Origin: an uncultured Gemmatimonadales bacterium
GTDB taxonomy: Bacteria > Gemmatimonadota > Gemmatimonadetes > Gemmatimonadales > GWC2-71-9
Direction of reading: 5' to 3'
Assembly (NCBI GenBank): GCA_963730185.1
Contig: CAVSQW010000007.1
Coordinates: forward strand, 608,001-672,000
DNA: 64,000 bases
In this document: piece after piece, positions 1 through 11,449 of the stretch
Numbering within the stretch: the stretch's first letter is position 1
How the letters are laid out: each line of letters starts with the position of its first letter
The notes under the pieces: generated by a model
What the model saw: only the letters and a program-made list of their open reading frames with translations
What the model was told of the DNA's origin: nothing
Database searches by the model: none
Position numbers and translations under genes: made by a program

Positions 1-1
1 C

Positions 2-538
2 CGGGACGGGCGGTGGCTGCTCGACCGCACCGACAACGGGAGCGGGTCGCGGTCGGACATCCATGCCCGCCGGTTGCGGGGCGACACGACCCGATTCGAC
101 GTCGCCGTCGGACACGGATTCAACCGCCAGCCGGTCCTCTCGCCGGACGACCGGTGGGTCGCGTACATGGCCACCGAGTCCGGCCGCGAGGAGATCTACG
201 TGGCGTCGTTCCCGGACCTGAAAGCCAAGCGGCTCGTGTCGCAGGGCGGGGGCCAGGAGCCGCGGTGGTCGGCCAGCGGGCGGGAGCTCTTCTTCAAGAG
301 CGGCGGCGCCATGATGGTCGTGGACGTGCCGCCCGGGCCCGACCTGTCGCCCAGCCTGCCACGGCCTCTGTTCCCGCTGGTCGGCGTGCTCGGGGCCATG
401 AACCGCCAGCAGTACGACGTGTCTCCCGACGGCCAGCGATTCCTGATGATCCAGGACCGGAGTCAAGCGTCGAAGCGGGAGCTGATCTACGTCGAGAACT
501 GGTTCGACGAGCTACGCGCCAGGACGGAAGCGAAATGA
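2..538 (+). CDS. 5'-truncated C-terminus of a PD40/TolB-like beta-propeller protein, probably the sensor tail of a further array kinase
   Basis: Open frame from position 2 (RDGRWLL...LSPDDRWVAY...PRWSASGRELFF...YDVSPDGQRFLM...VENWFDEL*). The C-terminal motif matches K3-K8. Confidence 0.8.
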   Translation, partial: RDGRWLLDRTDNGSGSRSDIHARRLRGDTTRFDVAVGHGFNRQPVLSPDDRWVAYMATESGREEIYVASFPDLKAKRLVSQGGGQEPRWSASGRELFFKSGGAMMVVDVPPGPDLSPSLPRPLFPLVGVLGAMNRQQYDVSPDGQRFLMIQDRSQASKRELIYVENWFDELRARTEAK

Positions 539-557
539 CGGCCCAGGGGTGGGTGCC

Positions 558-2940
558 ATGACGCCGATCCTCGAGCGCCTCTCGGCGGCCCTGGCCGACC
601 GGTACCGGATCGTGCGCGAGCTCGGGGCCGGCGGCATGGCCACCGTCTACCTGGCCCGCGACCTCAAGCACGACCGGGACGTGGCGGTCAAGGTGCTCAA
701 GCCGGAGCTGGCCGTGGCCCTGGGCGCCGAGCGGTTCCTGGCGGAGATCCGGGTGATGGCCACGCTCCAACACCCCCACCTGCTGCCGCTGTTCGATTCG
801 GGCGAGGCCGACGGGCTTCTCTTCTACGTCATGCCGTATCTCGAGGGCGAGACTCTGCGGACCCGCCTTCAGGCGGAGCGGCAGCTGCCGGTGGAGGAGG
901 CGATCCGTCTCGCGGGGCTCCTGGCCGGCGCGCTCGATTTCGCCCACGCCCGGGGCGTCATCCATCGCGATCTCAAGCCGGAGAACATTCTGCTCCAGGC
1001 CGGGCAGCCGGTGATCGCCGACTTCGGGATCGCGCTCGCGGTGGCCCAGGCGGGCGGCGACCGGATCACCGAGACGGGCCTCTCGCTGGGCACGCCGAGC
1101 TACATGAGCCCGGAGCAGGCATCGGGGACCGAGACCGTGGACGCCCGCTCCGATCAGTTCGCGCTCGGAGCGGTCACCTACGAGATGCTGGTGGGGGAGC
1201 CGCCGCACACCGGCGCCAACACCCAGACCATCATCGCCCGGGTGATGACGGAGACGCCGCGGAGCATCCGGGCCGTGCGGCCGGCAGTGCCTGCTGGGGT
1301 GGAGGCCGCCGTGCAGCGGGCGCTGGCCAAGCCGCCGGCCGATCGGTTCGCCAGCTGCGGCGCCTTTGCCGCGGCGCTCTCGGCCGGCACTCGGGAGACC
1401 GCCCGGGCCCGCCCGGGGCGGTGGCTGGCCGCCATCGGTGCGGTCGTGGTCCTGGTGGCGGTGGCCGGGTATGTCATCCTAACCCGCACGAGACCCGGCG
1501 ACGCCGGGGCGGCGGAGCGCTCCCTCGCGGTGCTGCCGTTCACCTCGGTCGGGGGCGACACGGCCAACGCCTACTTCGCCGCCGGTATCGCCGACGAGCT
1601 GAGCAGCGCGCTGACCCGGATTCCGGGGCTCCGCCTGGCGGGCCACGCCTCGGCGGCCCGGGTCAAAGAGCGGGGCGACGCCGCGGTGGACATCGGCGAC
1701 CGCCCTCCACGTGGGTGCGGTGCTCGACGGCTCCGTCCGGCGGGCCGGGAACCGGATCCGGGTCACCGCGGAGCTGACCAGCACTACGGACGGCCGGGTG
1801 ATGTGGAGCGACACCTACGAGCGGCCGCTGGAGGACGTCTTCGCCGTGCAGGACGAGATCACCCGGGCGATCGTCGGCGCCCTCCAGGTCCGTCTGGCGA
1901 GCGGTGCGGCCGATCCAGGCAAGGCGCGGGGCGGCACCACCAACCTGGCGGCTTACGATCTCTACCTCAGGGGGCTCCAGGCATATCGTGGGCGGAATCA
2001 TGGGGTGCTCGAAGCGGAGCGGTACCTCCGCCAAGCGATCGCCCGGGACCCGGGGTACGCCGCCGCCCACGCACTGCTCGCCTCGGTGCTGCTGGTACAG
2101 CCGTTCTACGTCGCCGTGCGCCCCGATGCGGTGCAAGAGCCGGCGAGGGCGGCGGCCATGCGGGCCGTCGCCCTCGATGACTCGATGGCATCCGGCCACG
2201 TCGCACTCGGGTTCGCCCATATTCGGGCGACCGAATGGGCCGACGCCGAGCGCGAATTCCGTCGTGCCCTCGCGCTCGATCCACAGGTGGAGGACGGGCA
2301 TTATCGCCTGGGCGACCTCTATCTACAGACCGGGCGCATCCGCGACGCCCTCCGGGAGCTCGAAGAGGGCGCCCGGCTCGATCCGCTCTACACGATTCAG
2401 CTTTCGTATCAGGGTTGGGCCCTCGCGTTGCTCGGTCGGGCCGAGGAGGCGCAGGCCACGATGCGGCAGGCCCTGGCCATCGACCCCGAGAGCGTCGTTC
2501 CCCATTTCATCAGCCAATGGGTCCTCGACCTGGTCGGGGCGCCGGACGAAGCGGCGGCCGAGGCCCGGGCCGCACTGTCGATCAACCTCCTTCCGATGCG
2601 CCAGGGTATTGCGGCCTGGTCGTTGGCCCGCGGCGGGGCGCGGGCGGAAGCCACCGCAATCCTGCGTCGTCTGGAGCGCTTGCCGGCCGCGACGCCCGGC
2701 CGGGCGTCAGGTCTGGTCTTTGCCCGGCTCGGGCTGGAGGACTGGCCGGGGGCCCTGAACGCCCTCGAGGACGCCGCGATCCGGGAGCCCCAGATGCTCA
2801 CGGCGGTGCTGATGGTGAACCCGGCGTACGATCCAATCCGTTCCAACCCGCGGTTCGCGGCGGTCATTCAGAAGCTCAATCTCGACGTCACCCGGTTCAC
2901 CTTGCCGGATGGCGGGCGATCGGAAGCGGCCGCCCGATGA
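558..2940 (+). CDS. K1: Ser/Thr kinase - TM - TolB_N-like - TPR (frameshift ~1698)
   Basis: GAGGMATV, VAVK, HRDLKPEN, DFG, GTPSYMSPE; TM WLAAIGAVVVLVAVAGYVIL; SLAVLPF motif; TPR helices in ORF 1711-2940. One extra base versus K2 (atcggcgaccgcc vs atcggtaccgcc). Confidence 0.88.
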
Positions 2941-2950
2941 GGCGCGCACC

Positions 2951-5340
2951 ATGACCTCGAGTCTCGAGCGCGTCTCGGCCGCCCTCCGCGACCGCTACCG
3001 GATCGAGCGCGAGCTCGGCCAGGGCGGCATGGCCACCGTCTACCTGGCCCGCGACCTCAAGCACGATCGGGACGTGGCGGTCAAGGTGCTCAAGCCGGAG
3101 CTGGCCGTGGCCCTGGGCGCCGAGCGGTTCCTGGCGGAGATCCGGGTGATGGCCACGCTCCAGCATCCCAACCTGCTGCCGCTGTTCGACTCGGGCCAGG
3201 CCGACGGTCTCCTCTTCTACGTGATGCCGTACCTCGAGGGCGCGACCCTCCGAAGCCGTCTCGAGGGCGAGCGCCAACTTCCGGTGGAGGAGGCGATCCG
3301 TCTCGTCGGACTGCTCGCCTCGGCGCTCGACTTCGCCCACGCCCGGGGGGTGATCCATCGCGATCTCAAGCCGGAGAACATCCTGCTCCAGGGCGGCCAG
3401 CCGGTGATCGCCGATTTCGGGATCGCGCTGGCCGTGGCGCAAGCGGGCGGCGACCGGATCACCGAGACAGGCCTCTCGCTGGGCACGCCGAGCTACATGA
3501 GTCCGGAGCAGGCATCGGGGACCGACGCCGTGGACGCCCGCTCCGATCAGTTCGCGCTCGGGGCGGTGACCTACGAGATGCTCGCGGGCGAGCCCCCGCA
3601 CACGGGCGCCAACACCCAGGCGATCATCGCCCGGGTGATGACGGAGACGCCGCGGAGCATCCGCGCGGTGCGACCGGCGGTGCCGGCTGGGGTGGAGGCC
3701 GCCGTGCAGCGGGCGCTGGCCAAGCCGCCGGCCGATCGCTTCGCGAGCTGTGGTGCCTTTGCCGAGGCGCTCTTGGCGGGCACCCGCGAGACGCCCCGCG
3801 GTCGCCCGGGCCGGTGGCTGGCTGGCCTTGGCGCCGTGGTGATTCTGGTGGCGGCAATCGGATACGTGGTCCTGACCCGCCGGGCGCCCAATGGTACCGC
3901 GTCCGGTGCATCGGCGGAGCGCTCGCTCGCCGTGCTGCCGTTCACCTCGGTCGGCGGGGACACGGCCAACGCCTACTTCGCCGCCGGCATCGCCGACGAG
4001 CTGAGCAGCGCGCTGACCCGAATTCCGGGGCTCCGGCTGGCGGGCCACGCCTCGGCGGCCCGGGTCAAGGAGCGGGGCGCCGCCGCCGTAGACATCGGTA
4101 CCGCCCTCAACGTGGGCGCGGTGCTCGACGGCTCCGTGCGGCGGGCCGGCAACCGGATCCGGGTCACGGCGGAGCTGACCAGCACCACCGACGGCCGGGT
4201 GATGTGGAGCGACACCTACGAGCGGCCGCTCGAGGACGTCTTCACGGTCCAGGACGAGATCACCCGGGCCATCGTCGGCGCCCTCCAGGTCCGGCTGGCG
4301 AGCGGCGCGGCCGAGCCGGGCAAGGCGCGCGGCGGCACCACGAACCTGGCCGCCTACGATCTCTATCTCAGAGGGCTCCAGGCGTATCGTGGGCGGAATC
4401 GGGGGGTCGTGGACGCCGAACGGTATCTGCGCGAGGCGATCGCCCGGGACCCGGGTACGCCGCGGCGTACGCGCTGCTCGCGTCGGTGCTGCTGGTGCAG
4501 CCGTACTACGTGCCGGTTCGGCCCGATGACGTCCAGGCGCCCGCGCTGGCCGCGGCCACGCGGGCCGTCGCCCTCGACGACTCGATGGCGTCCGGCCACG
4601 TGGCGCTGGGTTTCGCGAAGATGCGGGCGACGGAATGGGCCGACGGGGAGCGCGAGCTGCGCCGGGCGCTGGCCCTCGACCGCCAAGTGGAGGACGGGCA
4701 CTTTCGCCTGGCCGACCTGCTCCTGGAGACCGGGCGGATCCGGGACGCGCTCGACGTGCTGGAGGAGGGCACCCGGCTCGATCCGCTCTACTCGATTCAG
4801 CTCGCGTACAAGGGGTGGGCGCTGGCCCTGCTCGGGCGGGCCGAGGAGGCCCGGGCGACGATGCGACAGGCGCTGGCACTCGACCCCGAGAACATCACCA
4901 GCAACTCCCTCGACCAATGGGTGCTCGACTTGGTCGGGAGCCCGGACGAAGTGGCCGCCCAGGCCCGGGTCAATCTGTCTCTCAGCCACCTTCCGATGCG
5001 TCGGGGCGTCGCGGCCTGGTCGCTCACCCGCGGTGGCGCCCGCGGGGAGGCCGCGGCCATCCTGCAGAGCCTCGAGGCCCTGCCGGCGGATACGCAAGGT
5101 CGGGCGACCGGCCTGATCTTCGCGAGGCTCGGGCTCAAAGACTGGTCAGGAGCCCTGCGGGCGCTCGAAGACGCCGTGACCCGGGAACCCCAGCTGGTGC
5201 TTTCCGTCAACATGGTGAACCACGCCTTCGATCCGATCCGGTCGGACCCCCGGTTCGCGGCGGTCATTCGGAAGCTCAATCTCGACGTGGCCCGGTTCAC
5301 GCTGCCGGACGGCGGGCGGTCGGAGCAGGCCGCCCAATGA
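2951..5340 (+). CDS. K2: close paralog of K1, kinase - TM - TolB_N-like - TPR (frameshift ~4455)
   Basis: Collinear with K1. gacccgggtac versus K1 gacccggggtac shows one G lost in a homopolymer. The C-terminus lies in ORF 3814-5340. Confidence 0.88.
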
Positions 5341-5350
5341 GGAGCGACGC

Positions 5351-8011
5351 GTGACGTCGAACGCCGAGCGCCTCTCGGCCGCCCTGAGCGACCGCTACCG
5401 GATCGAGCGCGAGCTGGGGGCTGGCGGGATGGCCACCGTCTTTCTCGCGGAAGACCTCAAGCACGACCGCAAGGTCGCGATCAAGGTGCTGAAGCCCGAG
5501 CTGGCGGCGGTGCTGGGCGCCGAGCGGTTCGTGCAGGAGATCAAGACCACGGCGGCGCTGTCCCATCCCCACATCCTGCCGCTCTTCGATTCCGGCGAGG
5601 CCGCCGGGTTTCTCTACTACGTCATGCCCTACATCGAGGGCGAGACCATCCGAGACCGGCTGAACCGGGAGACGCAGCTCGGGGTGGAGGAGGCCGTCCG
5701 GATCACCGTGGAGGTGGCGGACGCGCTGGACTACGCCCACCGCCACGGGGTGATCCACCGGGACATCAAGCCCGAGAACATCCTGCTTCACGACGGGCGG
5801 GCGATGGTGATGGATTTCGGGATCGCCTTGGCCGTCAGTGCCGCGGCCGGCGGGCGGATGACCGAGACGGGCCTCTCGTTAGGCACGCCCCACTACATGA
5901 GCCCGGAGCAGGCGACCGCAGACAAGGACATCACGGCCCGGAGCGACGTCTATTCGCTGGCGAGCGTGCTCTACGAGATGCTGACCGGGAACCCGCCGCA
6001 CACGGGAAGCTCGGCGCAGCAGATCATCATGAAGATCATCGCCGAGCCGGTGGCGGAGGTCACGACGCTCCGGAAGTCGGTGCCGGCGAACGTCGCGGCG
6101 GCGCTGGGGAAGGCGCTCGAGAAGCTTCCGGCGGACCGGTTCCCGACGGCGGCCGAGTTCGCCCGGGCGCTCGGCGACCCGGTCTTTCGGGCCGCGGTCC
6201 ATGGTGGACCGGGTGTCGGCCGCGCGGGCGGGAGAGAGGTCGCTCGGCGCGCGCTCCCGTGGCTCGTGGCCGCCGGCTCGCTCGGCGTCGCGGTCGTGGC
6301 CCTCCTCCGGACGGGCCCTTCCCGGGCCGGGCCCGTGGAGCCGCTCTTCGCGAGCCTGGACGTCTCCGGGCTTCGGGTGCGCGGCGGGGGATCCAACAGC
6401 TTCAGTGTCTCGCCGGACGGCGGACAGGTGGTCTTCGCCGTCGACCGGAACGACAACACCGGGCTCGCGGTCCGCGCGCTCGACGCGATCGAGGTCCGGC
6501 TCCTGCCGGGAACGCGCGGGGCGGCGTTCCCCTTCTGGTCCCCGGACGGCAAGTCGCTCGGCTTCTTCGCCGACGATTCGCTCAAGACGGTGGAGCTGGC
6601 GTCCGGGACGGTCCGGTCGCGGTGCCGGGCGGGCGCGACGCAGGGTGGAACCTGGGGGATCGACGGCACGATCCTCTTCTCGGGCTCCGAGGGGATGCTC
6701 CGGACGTCGGGTGCCGGGGGGCCCTGCGAGGTGATGCCGGTCCCCGACGAGGCCCGGGCCGGACCGGAGGCCGAGGGTCGCCGGCCGACGTTCTTTCCCG
6801 ACGGGCGGCACTATCTCGTTACCGGTGGGTCGAAAGCCTGGCTGGGGGAGCTGGGACGGGACCGCCTTGTGCTGCTCCGGGATCTGTACATCGCGAAGGC
6901 GGTGCTGGCCCCGCCCGACTACCTGATGTGGCCCGGCGCGGACGGGCTCTTGGCGCAACGGGTCGACCTTGGACGGGGCCGGATGGTAGGAGACCCGGTT
7001 CGGATCTTGCCCCGGATCGCGTATCCCGGGGCGTACACCGGCGTGTCCGTTTCGGCGAACGGTGTGCTGGTCGCCTCGCCCGCCACGGGGCCGGCAGCGG
7101 ACTCGGCGATCGTCAGCCCGGGCCGTGTCATGGGCACGATCGAGCGTGGGACGACGACGTCGCTCCAGACGACGGCCCTGGCCGAGACCGTGTGGGACTG
7201 GCTCCGGCTTTCGCACGACGGCACCCGGGTGGCCTTGGGCGGGTGGGACCTTCAGGCGATGAGCCTGGCCAGCGGTCGCTGGGTCCACCTTGCCGAAACA
7301 CCGGCAACGGGCCGGGAAATCGTCTCGACGCCGTTGTGGTCGCCGCGCGACACGGCGGTCGTGTACGAGACGCGGCCCACGGCCCGGTCCCTTCGGATCG
7401 CGTCCCTGGCGAGCGGGGCCGTCCGGACCGTTTCGCGATTCCCGTTCGACCAGTGGCCCGGCTGCTGCTATGGACCCTTCGACGATCTCTCGCCGGACGG
7501 ACGGTGGGTGGTCTTTGCCCGCGGCAGCTCGCCGTCCCTGCTGACCGAAGCCTGGGAGTACGACCTGGTTGCCGATACGGCGCGTCGTCTCTTTCTGGCC
7601 CCGGGCTCGATCTCCGATCTGCGCTACGATCCGGCCGGCGGGTGGATCGCGTACCAAGTCACGACGCCGGGCCAGACCGATGTCTTTCTTCGGCCGTATC
7701 CCAGCCCCGGCAGCCCGATTCGGATCTCGTCCGGCGGCGCCCGGATGCCGCGCTGGCGCGCGAACGGCTCGGAGCTGTTCTACCTCGACGGGCACGACGC
7801 GGTCACGGCCGTGCCGGTGCAGGCGGCCGGAAGCAGCGTGACGGCGGGGGCGCCCACGGTCGTGACTCCCGGCGACGCGCTCGGGGGGTGGACGGTCGCT
7901 TCGTTCGACGTCGCGCCCGACGGCCGGCGGTTTCGCTTCGTCCTGGTGCCGGAGGTCCGCTCGTTCTGGCTCGTCGTCGGATGGCGTCATCTGCTCGGAG
8001 GCACCCCATGA
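5351..8011 (+). CDS. K3: Ser/Thr kinase - TM - PD40/TolB-like beta-propeller
   Basis: GTG start after GAGGAG; HRDIKPEN, DFG, GTPHYMSPE; TM ALPWLVAAGSLGVAVVALL; repeated SPDG blades. Confidence 0.92.
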   Translation: MTSNAERLSAALSDRYRIERELGAGGMATVFLAEDLKHDRKVAIKVLKPELAAVLGAERFVQEIKTTAALSHPHILPLFDSGEAAGFLYYVMPYIEGETIRDRLNRETQLGVEEAVRITVEVADALDYAHRHGVIHRDIKPENILLHDGRAMVMDFGIALAVSAAAGGRMTETGLSLGTPHYMSPEQATADKDITARSDVYSLASVLYEMLTGNPPHTGSSAQQIIMKIIAEPVAEVTTLRKSVPANVAAALGKALEKLPADRFPTAAEFARALGDPVFRAAVHGGPGVGRAGGREVARRALPWLVAAGSLGVAVVALLRTGPSRAGPVEPLFASLDVSGLRVRGGGSNSFSVSPDGGQVVFAVDRNDNTGLAVRALDAIEVRLLPGTRGAAFPFWSPDGKSLGFFADDSLKTVELASGTVRSRCRAGATQGGTWGIDGTILFSGSEGMLRTSGAGGPCEVMPVPDEARAGPEAEGRRPTFFPDGRHYLVTGGSKAWLGELGRDRLVLLRDLYIAKAVLAPPDYLMWPGADGLLAQRVDLGRGRMVGDPVRILPRIAYPGAYTGVSVSANGVLVASPATGPAADSAIVSPGRVMGTIERGTTTSLQTTALAETVWDWLRLSHDGTRVALGGWDLQAMSLASGRWVHLAETPATGREIVSTPLWSPRDTAVVYETRPTARSLRIASLASGAVRTVSRFPFDQWPGCCYGPFDDLSPDGRWVVFARGSSPSLLTEAWEYDLVADTARRLFLAPGSISDLRYDPAGGWIAYQVTTPGQTDVFLRPYPSPGSPIRISSGGARMPRWRANGSELFYLDGHDAVTAVPVQAAGSSVTAGAPTVVTPGDALGGWTVASFDVAPDGRRFRFVLVPEVRSFWLVVGWRHLLGGTP

Positions 8012-10632
8012 CGGCAACGCCGTCCGATCGCCTGGCTCGGGCCCTCGCCGACCGCTACCGGATCGAGCGCGAGCTCGGCCAGGGCGGGATGGCGACGGTC
8101 TATCTGGCCGCGGACCTGAAGCACGACCGCAAGGTCGCCATCAAGGTGCTGAAGCCCGAGCTGGCGGCGGTGCTCGGCGCCGAGCGGTTCGTGCAGGAGA
8201 TCAAGACCACCGCGGCCCTGTCCCATCCCCACATCCTGCCGCTCTTCGACTCCGGTGAAGCCGTCGGGTTTCTCTACTACGTCATGCCCTACGTCGAGGG
8301 CGAGACGATCCGCGACCGGCTCAACCGGGAGGCCCAGCTCGGCGTCGACGAGGCGGTGCGAATCACCACCGACGTGGCCGACGCCCTCCAGCATGCCCAC
8401 GAGCACGGGGTGATCCACCGGGACATCAAGCCGGAGAACATCCTGCTCCAGAACGGCCGCCCGATGGTGGCCGACTTCGGGATCGCGCTCGCGGTCTCGG
8501 CGGCCGCCGGCGGGCGGATGACGGAGACCGGACTCTCGTTAGGCACGCCGCACTACATGTCGCCGGAGCAGGCCACCGCCGAGAAGGAGATCACCGCCCG
8601 GAGCGACGTCTACTCGCTGGCCAGCGTGCTCTACGAAATGCTCGCCGGCCAGCCGCCGCACCTCGGCGGCTCGGCCCAGCAGATCATCATGAAGATCGTG
8701 GCCGAGCCGGTGCCGCCGGTGACCCGGTTCCGGAGGACGGTGCCGCCGAACGTCGCGGCGGCGCTGGCCAAAGCGCTCGAGAAGCTGCCCGCCGATCGGT
8801 TCGCCACCGCGAGCGAGTTCGCCCGCGCCCTGAGCGACCCGGCCTTCCGCGACGGCGCCGGGACCGAGGCCGGCGCCACGGCGGGCGGCGCCCGGGCGCC
8901 GGCGTCGCGGGGGCTCCGGATCGGTCTGGCGATCGGGGCGTTGGCGCTCGCCGGAGCCGCCTTCCTGATCGGCCGCCGCACGGCCCCCCGGCCGAACGTC
9001 GTCGACGTGGGCCTCCCGGATACGGCCCAGTTCGCGTTCGTGGACGACACGCCGTGGGGCATGGAGCTACCCGGCCTGGTGGTGTCGCCCGACGGGGATT
9101 TCGCCGTCTACGTCGCCCGCCGGGGCGCCTTCACCGAGCTCTGGTACCGGAGCCTGGTGGGGCCCGTGGCCCGGCCGCTGCCCGGAACCCGGGGCGCCAA
9201 CGTCCCAGCGATCTCGCCTGACGGCCACTGGGTCAGCTTCATGGCGGGGCGGGTGCTCAAGAAGGTGGCGACCGACGGCAGCGCGCCGGCGGCCGACGTC
9301 GCGGAGGTGGTCGATCCGTGGGGCTCCACCTGGACCGGTCCGGACGAGCTGCTGGCGGCGGCGGATCAGGGGAACCGCACCGAGTGGGTTCGGATGAGCG
9401 ACGGGGAGAAGAGCCGCAGCGGCGGTCCTTGTGCCTTCCCCCAGCGGATCCCGGACACCAACGACTTCCTGTGTCACCCCTCGGGGGGGACGCAGTGGGT
9501 TCGGGTGGTGACGCCGACGGCGGACGGCTCGCTGCCGATGTCGCCGATGGCGGGCACCATCCTGGGCGACAGCACCCGGCCCGTGCTGAGTCACGAGTCC
9601 TTCATCGTCGGGGATCGGCTCGTCTTCGTCGATGCCGACGGTAACCTCGAGGCCGCGCGGTACGACCGGGCCACCCGCGCTCTCGGTCCACGGTCCGTCG
9701 TCCGGCGCGGGCTCCGGCGCTCGTTCTTTGCCATCGCGGGGCACCTCGGCGTCACCCGCGCCGGTGACCTCGTCTACGTCCCCGGTTCGAACGGGGCGAT
9801 CGGGCAGTTCGTGGCGAGGCCGCCGGGGGGCGCCGCCCGGGCGCTTCCGATCCCCGCCGGGGAGTACCATCACTTCACCGTCTCCGCCGACGGCCGCCGG
9901 ATCGCGGCCACCGCGCGGGGCGTCGGCGGCGACGAGCTCTGGATCTTCGACGCCGAGACCGGTCGGGGCGATCGGGTGGCGGTCGCGTTCCTTCTCTCGC
10001 ACCCGATCTGGGCTCCCGACGGAACCCTGGCGTACGCGGTCCGTGACACGGCGGGCAGCGAGATGGCGACGGCTCTGCTGCCGCCCGATGGCGGCCGTCC
10101 GTCGCGGCTCACCGGCGTGGCGGTCTTCCCCGCCGCGTTCCTGGCCCGGCGCACCCTGGTGGCCAACACCGTGGACGATCCCGACATCGCCGTCGTGAGC
10201 CTCGACGGCGACCGGGTCGTCCGGGCCGACACGGTGAAGCTGCCCAACAGCCAGTACTTTCCGGTGGTCTCGCCGGACGGGCGCTGGCTCGCGTACGGCG
10301 GGACGGAGCGGGGGATCGCCCAGCTCTTCGTGACGCCGTACCCCGCGATGGACCGCCAGTACCGGGTCTCGGCGGACGTCGGAACGGAGCCGGTCTGGCT
10401 GCCGGATGCCAGCCTCGTCTACCGGAAGGGGTCGTGCTGGTACCGGCTCCGGCCGAACCCGGCCGCCGCGCCGCCGCTCTCGGCTCCGGTGCTCGCCTTC
10501 TGCGACGACAAGTTTCTCAATACGGTGGGCCCCTCCAACACCAGCATGCCGGACGGAAGCGTCCTCTATCTCAGGACCGTCGCGCCGACGACGGCCGGCT
10601 ACCTGCGGATCGTTCGCGACTGGCTGAAGTGA
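8008..10632 (+). CDS. K4: Ser/Thr kinase - TM - beta-propeller
   Basis: ATGA overlap with the K3 stop (MTATPSDRLARALADRY). Kinase motifs intact, TM IGLAIGALALAGAAFLIG, SPDG repeats. It is the 3' part of ORF 6259-10632. Confidence 0.92.
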   Translation: MTATPSDRLARALADRYRIERELGQGGMATVYLAADLKHDRKVAIKVLKPELAAVLGAERFVQEIKTTAALSHPHILPLFDSGEAVGFLYYVMPYVEGETIRDRLNREAQLGVDEAVRITTDVADALQHAHEHGVIHRDIKPENILLQNGRPMVADFGIALAVSAAAGGRMTETGLSLGTPHYMSPEQATAEKEITARSDVYSLASVLYEMLAGQPPHLGGSAQQIIMKIVAEPVPPVTRFRRTVPPNVAAALAKALEKLPADRFATASEFARALSDPAFRDGAGTEAGATAGGARAPASRGLRIGLAIGALALAGAAFLIGRRTAPRPNVVDVGLPDTAQFAFVDDTPWGMELPGLVVSPDGDFAVYVARRGAFTELWYRSLVGPVARPLPGTRGANVPAISPDGHWVSFMAGRVLKKVATDGSAPAADVAEVVDPWGSTWTGPDELLAAADQGNRTEWVRMSDGEKSRSGGPCAFPQRIPDTNDFLCHPSGGTQWVRVVTPTADGSLPMSPMAGTILGDSTRPVLSHESFIVGDRLVFVDADGNLEAARYDRATRALGPRSVVRRGLRRSFFAIAGHLGVTRAGDLVYVPGSNGAIGQFVARPPGGAARALPIPAGEYHHFTVSADGRRIAATARGVGGDELWIFDAETGRGDRVAVAFLLSHPIWAPDGTLAYAVRDTAGSEMATALLPPDGGRPSRLTGVAVFPAAFLARRTLVANTVDDPDIAVVSLDGDRVVRADTVKLPNSQYFPVVSPDGRWLAYGGTERGIAQLFVTPYPAMDRQYRVSADVGTEPVWLPDASLVYRKGSCWYRLRPNPAAAPPLSAPVLAFCDDKFLNTVGPSNTSMPDGSVLYLRTVAPTTAGYLRIVRDWLK

Positions 10633-10802
10633 TCGGCCCAGCGGCTCCACTCCAGTCGGCGCCGCCGATCCGCCACGCCCAACCCTAAGGCGGCGGCCGC
10701 TTCCCCGTCTCGCACTCCCCCGTGTCGGGTTCCCGCGCAAATCCGCTCTCCCCTTTGACGAGCCCGCATTCGCGCGGCGCCCGGTCTTCCAGGGGAGAGA
10801 TC

Positions 10803-11415
10803 ATGACGACGACACCACGATGGCTGGCATTGGGGCTGCTGGTTCTGGCGGCCTGCGGACCGGAATCGGTCACCGCCCCCGAACGACGCGGAGCTGGCGG
10901 GCGCCGAGGCCTTCCTGTCGACCAGCTGCGGCAGCTGTCACCGCGGGCCGGCGTTCACCGACCACCGGTTCCACAACGTGGCCGTGGCGCAGGTCGGCCC
11001 GGGCGAGGGCGATGGGGTCGGCGGCACCGACGACTTCGGCCGGGAGCGGGTGACCGGCGACGCCGCCGATCGCTATCGCTTCCGGACCACCCCGCTTCGG
11101 AACGTCGTGCTCACCGGCCCCTACGGCCACGACGGGGCGTTTCCGTCGCTCCGCGAGTTCGTCGCGCACTACTCCGAGGCGGAGGCCAAGCTGCGCCAGT
11201 TCGACGTCGGCACGATCGAGCCGCTGCTCCGGGGAACGCTGGTGGCCAACGCCGACGCCGTAGTCTCGACCATGGACCGGCGGCTCGACGGGCTGGTGCT
11301 GACGAGCGACGTCGTGGACCAGCTGACCACCTTCATGGAGGCGCTGACCGACCCGGCCGCGACGCACCTCGATCGGCTGATTCCCGGGCGGGTGCCGAGC
11401 GGGCTGCCGGTCGAG
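10803..11415 (+). pseudogene. Internally deleted di-heme cytochrome c peroxidase/MauG-family remnant
   Basis: A lipoprotein signal (MTTTPRWLALGLLVLAAC) is joined out of frame to GAEAFLSTSCGSCHRGPAFTDHRFHN...FRTTPLRNVVLTGPYGHDG...VPSGLPVE. Only the C-terminal CxxCH domain remains. Confidence 0.75.
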
Positions 11416-11449
11416 GGCTGCTTCAGGAATTTTCGTCGATACCCCGCCG

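Noticed and set aside
6259..8007. N-terminal extension of the 1457-aa ORF (likewise 16199-16933)
   Set aside because: These are Arg/Gly/Pro-rich shadow frames overlapping K3 and K6. The true starts are the ATGA-coupled codons at 8008 and 16934.
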